A stretch of DNA of 64,000 nucleotides from NCBI GenBank assembly GCA_001938485.1, contig MQRK01220805.1, positions 12,757 to 76,756 on the forward strand, in the 5' to 3' direction. Positions 13,883-26,273 of the stretch are shown piece by piece. How positions within the stretch are numbered: the stretch's first letter is position 1; every line of letters begins with the position of its first letter. Source of the stretch: Girardia tigrina. Its lineage: Eukaryota. A program made the translations under genes and the position numbers. The notes under the pieces are model-generated. The model was given only the letters and a program-made list of their open reading frames with translations, was not told where the DNA came from and did not search any database.

Positions 13883-15039
13883 TACCATTAAAATTATATT
13901 AATTATCGAATAATATCTGTCTAATCAACGAAAGAATTTTAGCATTATGTAGACATATGACAAAAGTTACAACGTATTGACAAAGAGACACAGTGAATTT
14001 GAAAAGCTTATAGATAAAATCCAATTTTTTATAGTCAATATGATAAATGAAGTTATAAAATTAAAGTTAAAAAAAACATACATCCCATTGTTATTTTTAT
14101 GAGTTCCAGAAAGAAAATGTATTTGATAAGGGACTCCAAATCTATGCGAAAGTTTTTGCAGAAAGTTTTATAATTCCAAAGTCAAACTTTAGTTTAAAGG
14201 GTTTTAATATGAAGTTTTTAACTTTGCAAATACAAGTTGTATTATACAACTCAAAAATGTGAAGCAGATGCGCGCCATGCTGCGATTAGATAGTTGGAAG
14301 TTAAAAGAGAGTTTTATTTTAACATGGAAAAAGGTTCTAATGACCCTCCATATTCTCTTGACATTAGTCTTTCGACTTGACTTATTGTGTTCTCTGTCAA
14401 ATTATATAAAATAGAAAATGCTCAAAGATCCTTCTAACGTATTTTGTTTCATCCAGTTCAAGCATTTACTTTCAATACAAAAAAGAATTCATGGAAAAGT
14501 TTGTTGTTTTTCGAATATAAAATTTTTTCATTCGATATGTTTTTATCATTTTAATAAACTAATTTATTTGTAGAAGACCATCTAAATATTTTATTTTATT
14601 TTAATTCATATAAAAAATTGAAAATAAATTAATTAAATGAAATAAACTCGCTTTTTTTTGATTTAAAAAAATTATATTTTCAAAAAAATATAAAAACAAC
14701 TTACAAAATTTTGGATGATCTCGTTTCTCTTTGACTGAGCTCATCGAAAAATTATTTTCATTTTTTCCTAAAATAATAAAAAGAATTAAAATTTCAGGAA
14801 AATATTTATTTATTTGAGAATTAATGATAATTTTTATGAATGATTTTTCAAAGTTACTTTTCTTGTTTTTCTTGAAATATTTTTGATATTATATTCATGA
14901 AAGACACTTTCTCATAATATGTTACGATATAAAACATGTTAAAATATAAGATTTTGTATGAAACTACCTTTGTATATGTATTAATACTGTAATATAAATG
15001 AAAAGATTTTGTTTTGCAAGTATGCACATAAAAACATTA

Positions 15040-15790
15040 TAACAATCGATAATCCAAAAATCTGAGGAGCGACAAACGAAAATGTTTTAGATGTAATAAA
15101 TTTTGACACATCAAACGATTTTGCAAAGCTTTAATTTGCTACAAATGCGGCGGTAACCACAAGACAACAAGTTGCTCAAACCTTAAATCTGTTAAGTTGT
15201 TTCAGGAAACGGAGTTATCGGAATGCCAAAATTCAAATTCGATCTCAGAAGTAAGTAGAAATAATGAAAGGCAAATTAACTCATTGGCGAAAACTAAGCC
15301 CCTGAAAAAACCGGATCTAGTTGACCAATATGTATCTTAAATTAACGGTACAACAACGAAACCGAAACGTTCACTTTACAAAGAAGCGCTATTAAAAAAT
15401 CTGCCGTTAGCAAATAAGCCGATAGTTCAGTGTTCAGTTCGAAACAGTAAGATTAATTTTATGTTTGATGCAAGTGCAGATTTGAATGTTGTAAGTGAAA
15501 ACTTTGCAAAACAACTATCTCAGCTAGAAAATTTAAAAATTTATCCGTCAGAAACAAAGGTAAAATGTGCTAAATGTCAGGTGGTTAGTTGTAAAGGCAT
15601 GGTAAAGTTATCGGTAAAGGCTGGTTCAATTTTAACCAAGCATGTATTTGATATTATGCCAGATATGTTTATCGGATTACGAAGCATGAAAAAATGTGAC
15701 ATAATAATTAGATCAGATATTGATGCTGTTGAAATAGATAAGATAATTATAAGTACTGTGCGGAATATTTTAAATTGTTTGAATGTGTAA
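15040..15790 (+). mobile_element. Ty3/Gypsy gag-protease remnant
   Basis: Zinc knuckles CFRCNKF*HIKRFC and CYKCGGNHKTTSC, then retropepsin-like MFDASADLNVVSE. Confidence 0.75.
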
Positions 15791-16289
15791 ATGTATTAAT
15801 AATGTATGTTGATTTAAGTATGTTGAATTTAGAATGGTGATTCTCCCACCCAGATGGAAATTGGTATTTTTCTATTTTTAAAGTGATTGACTATTCGAAC
15901 ATAATTAAAATAATAATTTTATAAGTTTATATTTTTAAAATTAACTATTAAAATCAAGTTAATATTTAGCAAAAACGAAAAACATTTTAATAGATATAAA
16001 TAAAACAAATAAAATTTAAATTTAAAATCATTTTTCACAACTTGATGACATTTTTATTATTTTGATGTTTTATATAAAGAAATGGTTAAAATTATTATTT
16101 TGAATTAATGTTTTGTGGATATTAAATATTTTTAAAAAAGATTTAGAAAAATGTTCGAATAATAACTTACAACTTTAACACTTTATAAATTTTAAATCAG
16201 GCTTATCCTTATTTTTTAATAAATACAGAAGGATTTTGAGGTTCTTAGAATAGAAGGTCGTAATGATAAGCGGACTTAATAATAATAAA

Positions 16290-16790
16290 ATTTATTGACA
16301 GTGGTTTCACCATTTCGATATCTTATGCGTAATGAAATTGAAGCAATTAACTGCTATACATTTATTTAGTTGAAAATTATTATACCGTTCACCTAAACAA
16401 TATTCTTTAAATACCTTTATGATGGTTAGATGAATTACGGTCCATGTTAAAGTATGATTTATGATATTTTACAATTATATTACAATGCTTCTGTAATGAT
16501 TGTTTCATACTTTGTGTCAAAATTATTTAAAATTCCGTTAAAATTTTCATCATGACCATCACAATATCTATTTTGAAATTGGTTACTTAAGGTCTTAATC
16601 GAGCTATTCCTACTCGATGGAGTATGTTCATCAATTCTACAACAAAAAGGACGATTGGCTTGCCTATGTAGAAGACTTCACCCTTTGTATATTTGAATCG
16701 ATAAACTAGATTTGCCTTAATACAAAAAGGAGTTTTCGATTTATTAGATAAATAATGTCGACATTTATTATCTGAGACAAATAACAATCA
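16290..16790 (-). mobile_element. Penelope-like GIY-YIG endonuclease remnant
   Basis: KSKTPFCIKANLVYRFKYTKGEVFYIGK, a PLE GIY-YIG signature; possible decayed hammerhead near 16297-16330. Confidence 0.7.
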
Positions 16791-16810
16791 TATACAATTA
16801 TATATGTATA

Positions 16811-17914
16811 GTGGGTTGAGTCAAAAGTTATTCATATTTTTTAGTGAATTAAAGTTTTTGTTTTATCAGATCATTTAAGTCTAACATTTATATGCAACAT
16901 TTTGTATCATTTTAAAGCCCACAAAAAGTGAATCAAACTACTTTTTAAAAGTTAAATATTTAAACTTCCTTCCACTATTTATTCATGATTTATTAGGACA
17001 TTATTGGAAAAAAAGGCCTAACAGTCGCAACTGTGACTCGAGAAATCTGCAATGGAAAAAAAGTACTAGCACTTGTAGGCTGTCTGAAGATCACGGCCAT
17101 TCTCAAATTAACATTATTCGTCATCTGCATATCTTGGGTTTGTAAAGAAAAATCCACTTCAAATTCCCCACAAATCGATAAATATTCAAATCCAGTGTCG
17201 AATTGATCTTTACCGCGAACTACTCAATAACCTCCGGGACAGCCGTTTTTAGACCAAAATTATTACAGAAAATGAAAAGTGAATTTTCTTCCGTAATTCT
17301 AGTGGAGATAAGCAATGGCTGCAGTAGGATCAGCCAAGTCAGCTAGTAGTTCGTCAAGGTCTCATCAAAAAGAAGGTGATGTTGTGTGTTTGGTGGATTT
17401 ATGATGGATATGTGCACTGGGAACGTGTTTCTGATGATCGAGCAATCAATGATAACCTTTATGCTGAACAATTACAGCGATTTCAGGATGATTTGAGCAC
17501 TTGCTACCTAGGATTGTTGAATCGCGATGGAACAATCGTACAGCATGACAATGCTCCAGCTCATACATCACGAAGGGTGAAGCAGAAAATTAAAGAACTG
17601 CAAGGCATAGAAGTCATTCAACACCTAGCGTTTAACCCAGACCTTGCCATTTCTGGATATCATCTGTCTCGGTCTCTCTGAAACTTTTTTTTTATCAGGG
17701 AGACGCTTTGGTTCAGAGGAGGAGGTCAAAAGTGGAATCACCGAATTTTTTACCTTTATGGTATAGCTAACAGATTGAGCCCTTGGCAGAAAGATTGGTT
17801 CAGGTCATTAAAAATGGTGGAATGTATTTCGAGAAAAATATAATCAGTGTCATAAAAAATTTGTGTAAATATAATAGTAACATAAAAACATGGATAACTT
17901 TTGACTCATTCTGG
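16811..17914 (+). mobile_element. Degenerate mariner with TIRs
   Basis: TIRs TA-gtgggttgagtcaaaagttattc / ggataacttttgactcattctgg-TA; KKVMLCVWW, QHDNAPAH, HLAFNPDLAISGYHL. Confidence 0.9.
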
Positions 17915-18656
17915 TATATGTATACATGGGTTGAAATTAATTTCGGCATCAGCCATTCTTACTATTGGAGCTTTGAAAAGCTATATAGTACTGAAAGTAT
18001 ATTCAAGGCGTTCGTTTTTAAATTACTGTCTACTATTTACATCAACAAAGCACTTAAATAATAAGCCTAAAAATTAATTACAACTTTGGCTAAATAATCT
18101 AGCCTAAATTGAACATTGTCCAACTCGCGGCGGTTCCTTGAAGACTGCAAAAGTTGATGCATAATTGATATTAATTTTCATTGAATAGGTTAGACGAAAG
18201 TTTGTCTCGATAGCACTATATTATTATGGGGGAATTCTTATTTTTTCTATTAAAAAGCAATTTTAGAATTCTATCACGTGTAGAATTGTTTCATATATTC
18301 GGAAAAGTGCAACATAACACTGTTGCCATTTTGTAAATATCAAATGTGCACAAGTATCGCATGTATCACGATGTCTATTATACGTATCCACGATTTCCAG
18401 CGAAACAGAAGCTCAGGAAATATGTTATACTAATAGATTTTTAATTAAAAAATTATATTCTTGGAATTTTATTATAAGTACCGAAACTTTCTTCTATTTT
18501 TTAAAACCAATTATTTCAATCCGAGATTATATGATTATTAAATGAATTAAGAACTGTTGGATCAATATTGAGACTTTAGGGAATATAAATAAACTTGAAA
18601 AAAGATGGCAATTTTTTAGTAAAAACAAATAAACGCCATTTAAAAATATATTTTTT

Positions 18657-18695
18657 GATAATATATGTCGATGGTTTAACCGTCATCATCAGATC
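18657..18695 (-). ncRNA. Hammerhead ribozyme copy with mutated core
   Basis: Reverse complement GAT CTGATGA T GACGG TTAAA CCATC GACA TATA TT ATC; GAAA has become GACA. Confidence 0.6.
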
Positions 18696-20054
18696 ACTGA
18701 TTATGTTCATTTTTATTGCTTTTATAAAAGAAATGAATTATTATGTAATCACTTACGTAAGTCTAATCAAAAACTATTAACAAATTGAATGTACTGTTTG
18801 AACATTGATTTTTTGATCACATGATCTTATAAATAATGCTTTACGTGACACTCACCCAATAATTTTTAAAATGCTTGCACAAAATCTTAAAATTATTTAT
18901 GCTCATATTATTCTTGGTCTCTTTCTTCTACGTTTTAAAAATCTATTAAAAGTAATGATACATTGAGTCAGGCAATGTTTTAACATAGTAACTGGGCACC
19001 CATTCGGGTGCCCAGTCATTGATTAATAAATGAAGTGGGCACCCGCCTAGAATATTCCATCTTCTAGAAGCTCCATCTTCCTCAACCTCCGTATGTAACT
19101 GGTTTATCGGATAAATTTTACTTTAGAGATAAACTTTATCTTTCTTTATCGCTCGCTCCCCCATTTTGACTCTTACTCTTTGCAGCACGCAAATAGACTG
19201 ATTCATAACCTCATTGTTCTGATTATAATCACAGTCCCATGTCTATAGATCATGTTGTGACTGTGCATGTGTACAGTAGATAACCACAGTTATTTATTGA
19301 AGAATACTAAAAGTTATTTTCCTTTGGTTTGAAAAAGATTCATTTCAGAAAAATAGGTTTCATTTTCATGACATAAGAGGGTGTCAATTAAAAAAACTGT
19401 TAAAGTATTGAGCAAGTTATTGAATAATAACGGTTAATCTAAGTCTATCATAGACCGACTCACTTGTGAGACAGTACATAAAATAATTGAAAAAGAAAAA
19501 ATTAATAATGAACAAATTAATAGTTTAAACATTGAAAACTGCTTTACACATGGGTAAACTCTAAGCTTACCTTACTCCGAGGAGTTTAAACACTTAAAGA
19601 ATTCAATCTTGAAATCAACAAATAATATTTTAAATTTAAAAATTGTATCTCAATCATTTAAAGTTGAGAATATGTTTTGCAATAAATCACATACTCCTTT
19701 AGGGTTGTGTTCAGACATTGTTTATCAATACACATCTAATGGGTGCAATGCCACATACATTGGAGAAACTGCCCGTCATCTCTGCAAACGAGTCCAAGAA
19801 CACAGTCAAAGAGAGGGAAAGAGTAATATTGCTGAGCATAAAGAAACGTGTAACTGTAATATGAGTATAAATGATTTTAAGATTTTGTGCAAGCATTTTA
19901 AAAATTATTGGAAGATAGTGTCATGTGAGGCATAGTTGATTTGATCATGTGGTCAAAAAAATCAATGTTCAAACAGCATTCTCAACTAATTTACGTAAGT
20001 GATTGAATTGTCATTCATTTCTTATAAAAAACAATAAAAAAGAACATAATCAGT

Positions 20055-20093
20055 GATCTGATGATGACGGTTAAACCGTCGAAATATATTATC
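20055..20093 (+). ncRNA. Minimal type I hammerhead ribozyme (intact core)
   Basis: GAT CTGATGA T GACGG TTAAA CCGTC GAAA TATA TT ATC. Confidence 0.8.
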
Positions 20094-20639
20094 AAAAAAT
20101 ATATTTTTAAATGGCGTTTATTTGTTTTTAGGGAATATAATAATTTTTTTAACCACTGAAAATTATTAAGTTTTATGGACAAGGGTAACATTTATATAAT
20201 AATTCAAATAAGTGAGAATTCAACCCTTCCTGTATAGATGACCCTTTTTCGGGTAAGAAAGCGTTTTTGCAACAACTACAAATACTATATGATATCGCAA
20301 AAGTGCCATTTTTTGAGCATATAAAGCTCTTATTTTTGATGTGAAAGTCAGCATAAGACGTTCGTAATTTGAGTGCTGTTTGCAATTTTGCAGCTTTTTC
20401 AGTAAAGTCGATGTTTCGAAATTTAAATTATAAACTTATATTATATAGTTAGTAATATTTATATTTCGAATACGGGTAACAAATTTTTTCCTGTCCAAAG
20501 ACAGTTTTTCAAATCCTTATAGAATCACTTTTCGTTTTTATTTGTTAAATGTCACTATCGTGTGATGTATTTGTTTAAATCCACTGAATGTGGTATTAGT
20601 GTTTCTTTAAAATAAAACTTGTGCGTTGTCTGCAGTTTG

Positions 20640-21320
20640 TTTCTTACAAGCTGCCGCGGCCAAAGAGGTTCGCTCCAAAGATGAAAATTCTCATGGTGGC
20701 TTGATTGAATGGCGGGACGACGGCGGCAATGATTTTGGCGAACAGGGACCGATTGATCGGCGTTGAAGAGCTAGGAAAGACGACACGATGAGCTCAAAAT
20801 GAAGCATCGCGAGAAGAAGCCGTTCCTGCTGATGACCGATGGCGGCGACAGTGCTGATGCCCCCGATCACCAAACGAGATTCGAATGAAAACGAGGGGTG
20901 CCAGTCAGATCAGTTTCCAGCGGACTGTTTTGTGGCTAGTTGAGGGGGACGTCGAGGCCAGTGGTGGTGCCCGAGGGGATTGCGGAATTAGTGGCGATTT
21001 CGACGAGTGGGACCGGCTGGTCGCTGGTTTTATTTCAGTGGCGATTCAAAGGATCAAGAGGGACATCATGATCACGGTCGGAGACGGTAAAACGCTCCGC
21101 GGGGAGCTCGAGGTAGCCGAGAGAGTGAACCGATAAGCGTTGAGAACGCTCGTGCTCGGTCGACAGGGACTCAAGTTGCGGTTGTGCGCGGCATTAGCTA
21201 CAGCAACCGGGGAATCGATGTTCGGGTAAGATCGGACGATCAAAAGACGGGTATCAGGGACGTTAGGGCGATCGAAAAACGGGTCGCGGGGATTTTGGAC
21301 AGGATCGAGTTATGGATAAA
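20640..21320. other. GC-rich island of unknown origin
   Basis: Abrupt shift to roughly 55% GC (visual estimate) and CpG-rich; no recognisable motif in the short ORFs. Confidence 0.5.
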
Positions 21321-23265
21321 ATGTTACACGAACATTGAGTAAAAGAATTTTTAGTTACAAAATTTCATTGAGAAAAAAAATTTCATAAAAAAACATTTTA
21401 TTGCAAATTAATTAATTAAAAATCAATACGGTGAAAAATATTTCAGTGAAAAGAAGTTTGATAAAAGTAATTTACATATGAGCAAATATCCGTGTGAGCA
21501 AATGTTATGTGAGGAAACGTTCGGGAACCGTTTCTGCATAATTACGCTCAGTTGAAATGACGAATTTTATTTTCAAATTGGTCATTTAGAAATTAAATGG
21601 TTCAACATAAATCTATTGAACATCTTGCGAAACGAACTTCATCAATTCCTTTATAAAACGATTTATATTAATTTTTTTTATTTTATAAATGAAATTTTAT
21701 AAAAATTTTATAAATCCTATTCTCAAAAGGCGATTTGAGAAAAAAATTCTTCGAAAAATAATAAAAAAATCTTTAAAAATTTTTTTTCAGCTTCAACGAA
21801 GTCGACATTGTGCTCGTAAAATGAATTATTTTCGAAATATTAAATAAAAGAAAAAAAAGGAACTCTAAAGATTCAAGAAAACTTTGATAAATGAATGTTT
21901 TATAAAATTAATTTACGAATCATAATATACATTTAGGAAAAAATGTAATTTTAAAGACAAATTTTACAAGAAAAGAAAGAAGAACATCTTTTATCGAGGG
22001 AAAAATGTTTTTATTTTCATTTAAGTCGAATTCCACAGTTTTATATTGCCGTAATTATGGGACGAGTTTGACATATTTTATGATGAAACCACACTGATTT
22101 TATAACAAATAAAATGGGACAAAATACATTTAATGAAACGATAAATATTTATCGTTTTTATAATATTTTTTATATATTGTTGAAATAAGTTAAATGAAAA
22201 ACAAACTCGACTTTGATTTTCTACATTAAAATAGAAAATGATAAATAAATTAGTACTTGTGAGAATATATCAACTCAATTTAATTTGTTGTAAATATAAA
22301 AATAATATTATTAAATCAAATTGATATTAATAAATTATATTAACAAATAAACAATAGTTAACAAACAGTTCAATAGGAAGATGTAAATTAGGATCAATAA
22401 AAGCAAGAAAAGAGACCTTTAGGAAGAATGTTATGAATTAATGTTACTTTGATGATAGTATTTGATCATTGTAGTTGATGTAGAGGTAATTGATCCGTTT
22501 GATGAGAAGATTGAGGACGAAATTAGGATTGAATATAAACAAGAATAGAGAGATAAAGTGACACAAATAAATGCGAATGAAATTTTACGACTTTCGCTTT
22601 TTGTATATTCGAAATCAAAACTGCTATAGGAACTGGATTTTGATTATTCGGAGTCATTTGAGAGAACAAGATCGCACTTCTCCAGTATTAAATCCGTTTT
22701 ATTGTGAAATTAATTTATTCGTAAAGTAATAGCCTCATATGCACAGAAAATAAAAATTAAATCAAAATTGTTAATTATGAAATCCGAACCATCGATAAAA
22801 AGTAATTATTTTTATCGATTTAATTTAATAATAATAGTATATATTACCACATTTTTCTTAGCTTGGTTTCTTGTCTGTCTGTCTGGAACAAATCTTGCGA
22901 TTGATTTTTCGACCACTTTCAGTCATCCAATTGAGCTGATTTTTTTTATACAGGCTTGCTTCCGATGACAATACAATATTTTAAAACATTTACTTTACGG
23001 ATGTACGGAAAAAATTAATAAATTGAACAAATATAGTGAAAATCAAGTGATAATTAAGTGTAGAAGTATTAAAATTAGGTTTAAAAATTATTTTGAAATA
23101 AAACTTGCTTTTATTAAAATAAAACTTTGTTATTTTGGTTTTATTATCATTTCTNNNNNNNNNNNNNNNNNNNNNNNNNNNNNNNNNNNNNNNNNNNNNN
23201 NNNNCATTTCTGTTATTCGAAATCAATCGAAAGATTTGAATTCCTAAATGATAACTAAAAATAGT

Positions 23266-23646
23266 TAAATAATATTATTAATAAAAAAAATTTTTTTATA
23301 AAAACAACCACGTTTTTCAAGCACGTTTTTCAATACACTAAAAAGAGGAAAATAATATTTTTCTAGACATGTGCGAAATTTTATACCTAACCAAAAACGT
23401 GGGGCATAGAAATTATCGATTGTTACTAAAAAGCAGTAAAGAGGAAATAGCAGTTACTAATAGCAGTAATTCAGAANNNNNNNNNNNNNNNNNNNNNNNN
23501 NNNNNNNNNNNNNNNNNNNNNNNNNNGTTAGGTATAAAATTTCTCACATGTCTAGAAAAAAATTATTTTCCTCTTTTTAGTGCATTGGTAATGCTTGAAA
23601 AACGTGGTTGTTTTTATAAAATTTTTTTATTAATAATATTATTTAC
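23266..23646. repeat. Foldback/MITE-like long inverted repeat around a gap
   Basis: About 23266-23391 is an imperfect inverted copy of about 23527-23646. Confidence 0.7.
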
Positions 23647-23862
23647 ATGTTTAATTTAAAAAAAATATACATAAATATATGACAAGGTATGTCACTACAT
23701 AAATTACTATTTCTATTTTTTTGACTACTTGTAGGGTTTATTTCAAAAAATTTTATGAGCTTTTTTGTAGGAAATGAAAAGAGGAAAATATCAGTTCTAA
23801 GATCCTTCAAAAGAATCAGCAATGAAAAAGATACATTATTAATAAAAATTATAATAACCTAC

Positions 23863-24337
23863 CTGAATGTTTTTGGAATTCTTCATGATTTACTAAATCT
23901 GGATTATATTTTTCAATGAAAAGTTCATTTGATTCCTTTCCACCATAAACACATCGCCAATTTCCACTAACATTAAGTTGCTTCAAATCGATTCCCCATG
24001 AATATCTTGTGGATGTTTTAGAAATAGATTCTTTGAAACACGTTGTTAAAGCGTCATCACAAGGTTTTCCTTTACAGAATGAATAGCAGCCACTATAACA
24101 CAAGCCAGAGCCGATTAACGGGCAACGAAGATACGTTTCGTATTGAATGTTTTTGGTATTAACAACATTACAAGTTAGGATAATTCTCTCCGCCGAGTAC
24201 TTTACGGTGAGTGTAACTGGATTATCGAAAAGACCTAAATAATTTTTAACAAATAAATCATTGATCTTACTTTCAAGACAACGGGCCATCAACGGAAAGC
24301 TCCAACAAACGAACGATAACAATAAACTGAGTCTCAT
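23863..24337 (-). CDS. First coding exon: signal peptide plus divergent Cys-rich Ig-like domain
   Basis: MRLSLLLSFVCWSFPLMARC signal-like start at 24337; Ig-like IILTC ... SGNWRCVY framing six additional Cys; ends at phase-1 donor CAG|GTAGGT. Confidence 0.8.
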
Positions 24338-24755
24338 TATGATCCAATTAAACGAAATAACATAAAATATATATCTTGAAGTGTGTTGCGTTATGTAAAA
24401 ATGATATTTTTCTATTAATGTATCAATTCCTCTTAACGTAAACACTTTTCTAATTCTAGAAGAATGTAGATGTAAATAAATAATGATGTGCGGGTCGGTG
24501 TGCTCTTCCCGCATTTTTCGAGCCCCCCACGAATAATCAGTTCTATTGTGACTCATACACAAACCGAATGTGCTAAACAAATATTATCACATCTTTCCAT
24601 TTTCTTTAAATATGTTTTCTGAGTTTTAATTTATTTTTGTAAAGAATCCTCCCCTAGAAAAATCAATAAAATTCTTATTAATAATTAAAATTCCTAAATA
24701 ATATTACAAGTATGTTAGATAAATAAATTCCTTAGGGATAAAATTATTTTACATT

Positions 24756-25075
24756 TTATTATCACAATATATTTTATTATAAATTAAAATTGCCCTTATG
24801 ATATTTATCAAATATTGTGTTTTTTCGTATTGATTTATGATTATTATCATTTTTATTTCTAGAATACAAATAATAACTTTGCATTTAATTAGGCTTGAAT
24901 AAATATCAAAGAAGATCTTCTTTGATATTTATTCAAGCCTAATTAAATGCAAAGTTATTATTTGTATTCTAGAAATAAAAATGATAATAATCATAAATCA
25001 ATACGAAAAAAAACAATATTTGATAAATATCATAAGGGCAATTTTAATTTATAATAAAATATATTGTGATAATAA
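24756..25075. repeat. 320-bp palindrome with no loop
   Basis: Centre GAAGA|TCTTC at 24915/24916; 160-bp arms with one mismatch seen (24819 G vs 25012 A). Confidence 0.95.
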
Positions 25076-26273
25076 TATTGTGATTAAGCAAATTATTTAA
25101 GTAAGTTTTTATCATTTTTTAATATATTTTTTGAAATATTATTTCTCTGTATTTCTTATACTCTTACTGCTTTTGTTTCCACGTTTTTTAGTAATTTTAT
25201 TATAAATTTTAATATATTTTTATTTCTTGATATTATTACTAATTATTTTGATAAAAATAAAAAAAAACTATAAAAAAATATTTCATTAATAAAAAATTAA
25301 TTATAAAAATATTTTTTATAAAAAAAATTTAAAAAATTAAAATATTTTATAATTCCGTTTATACAAAAATTATTTTTCATTTTAATTTTAAGTGTAAAAG
25401 TTTGATAATATTATAATTTTAAAATATTTATAAATATTTTTATTTAATGATAAAAAATAAAACATTTATGAACAAAATAATTAATAATTTAATTAATGAA
25501 AAATAATTATTAAAATTAAATTATATTAATTTAATTCAAAACAATTAATCATTAAAAAAATTTATTGACGATTATTTTTAAAAGATATTTAAAAAATAAA
25601 GTATTTTTTTATTCTTTTTATACGAAAATTACTTTGATTTTTAATTTAAATTTTAAAGATAAACGTTTGATTATATTATAATTTTAACATACCTACACAA
25701 ATGTTTATTTTTAATTTTCAAAGCAAAAATGTATTTTTTTAAACGTCTTGAAGCTCTAAATTTAAAAGATTTGTAAAAGATTTTTTTCATTGAGAATTTT
25801 TTTTATAAATTAAAATTATTTAGATATGAAAATGCCAATTAGTCGCAAAAGAAGTAAATAATGAAGGATCCAATATCCGTGTTGGGAGAGATAATCAGAT
25901 ATATCAAAAACAAGAAGCTAATTTCCATTAACATGACATTTTATTTTAATATTCACTGAAACTTTAATATAAACATCTGGGTTCATTCGAATTTGTATTT
26001 TATCGCTAAAATTATTATTATTATAGAGGAAAATAAATTTCATTTTTCTTCAAATTTTCATATTTTTTGTATTAAAAATAAATAATTTTTTAATTAAAAA
26101 ATAAAATTTAATTTTTAATAAAATAAAATATTATATTAAAAATTAAAAACCCCTTTTAACATGTCTTATTTTCTACACAAATATTATCCAAAAAATTAGC
26201 AAATTACTTTTTGATTTATGAAAATTATTCCAATTTATTAAATTTAATTACGCAGATAAAATTTTTTTATTTA

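Larger units (their letters stand above)
18589..20126 (+). mobile_element. 5'-truncated Penelope-like element with inverted terminal copy and 14-bp flanking direct repeat
   Basis: GIY-YIG ORF remnant 19609-19935 (DIVYQYTSNGCNATYIGETARHL); about 18620-18909 is an inverted copy of about 19860-20130; TTTAGGGAATATAA at 18575-18588 and 20127-20140. Confidence 0.85.

Noticed and set aside
24338-24580. N-terminal 81 aa of ORF 23849-24580
   Set aside because: Begins at a non-ATG codon and lies upstream of a clear signal peptide; more likely UTR or promoter.
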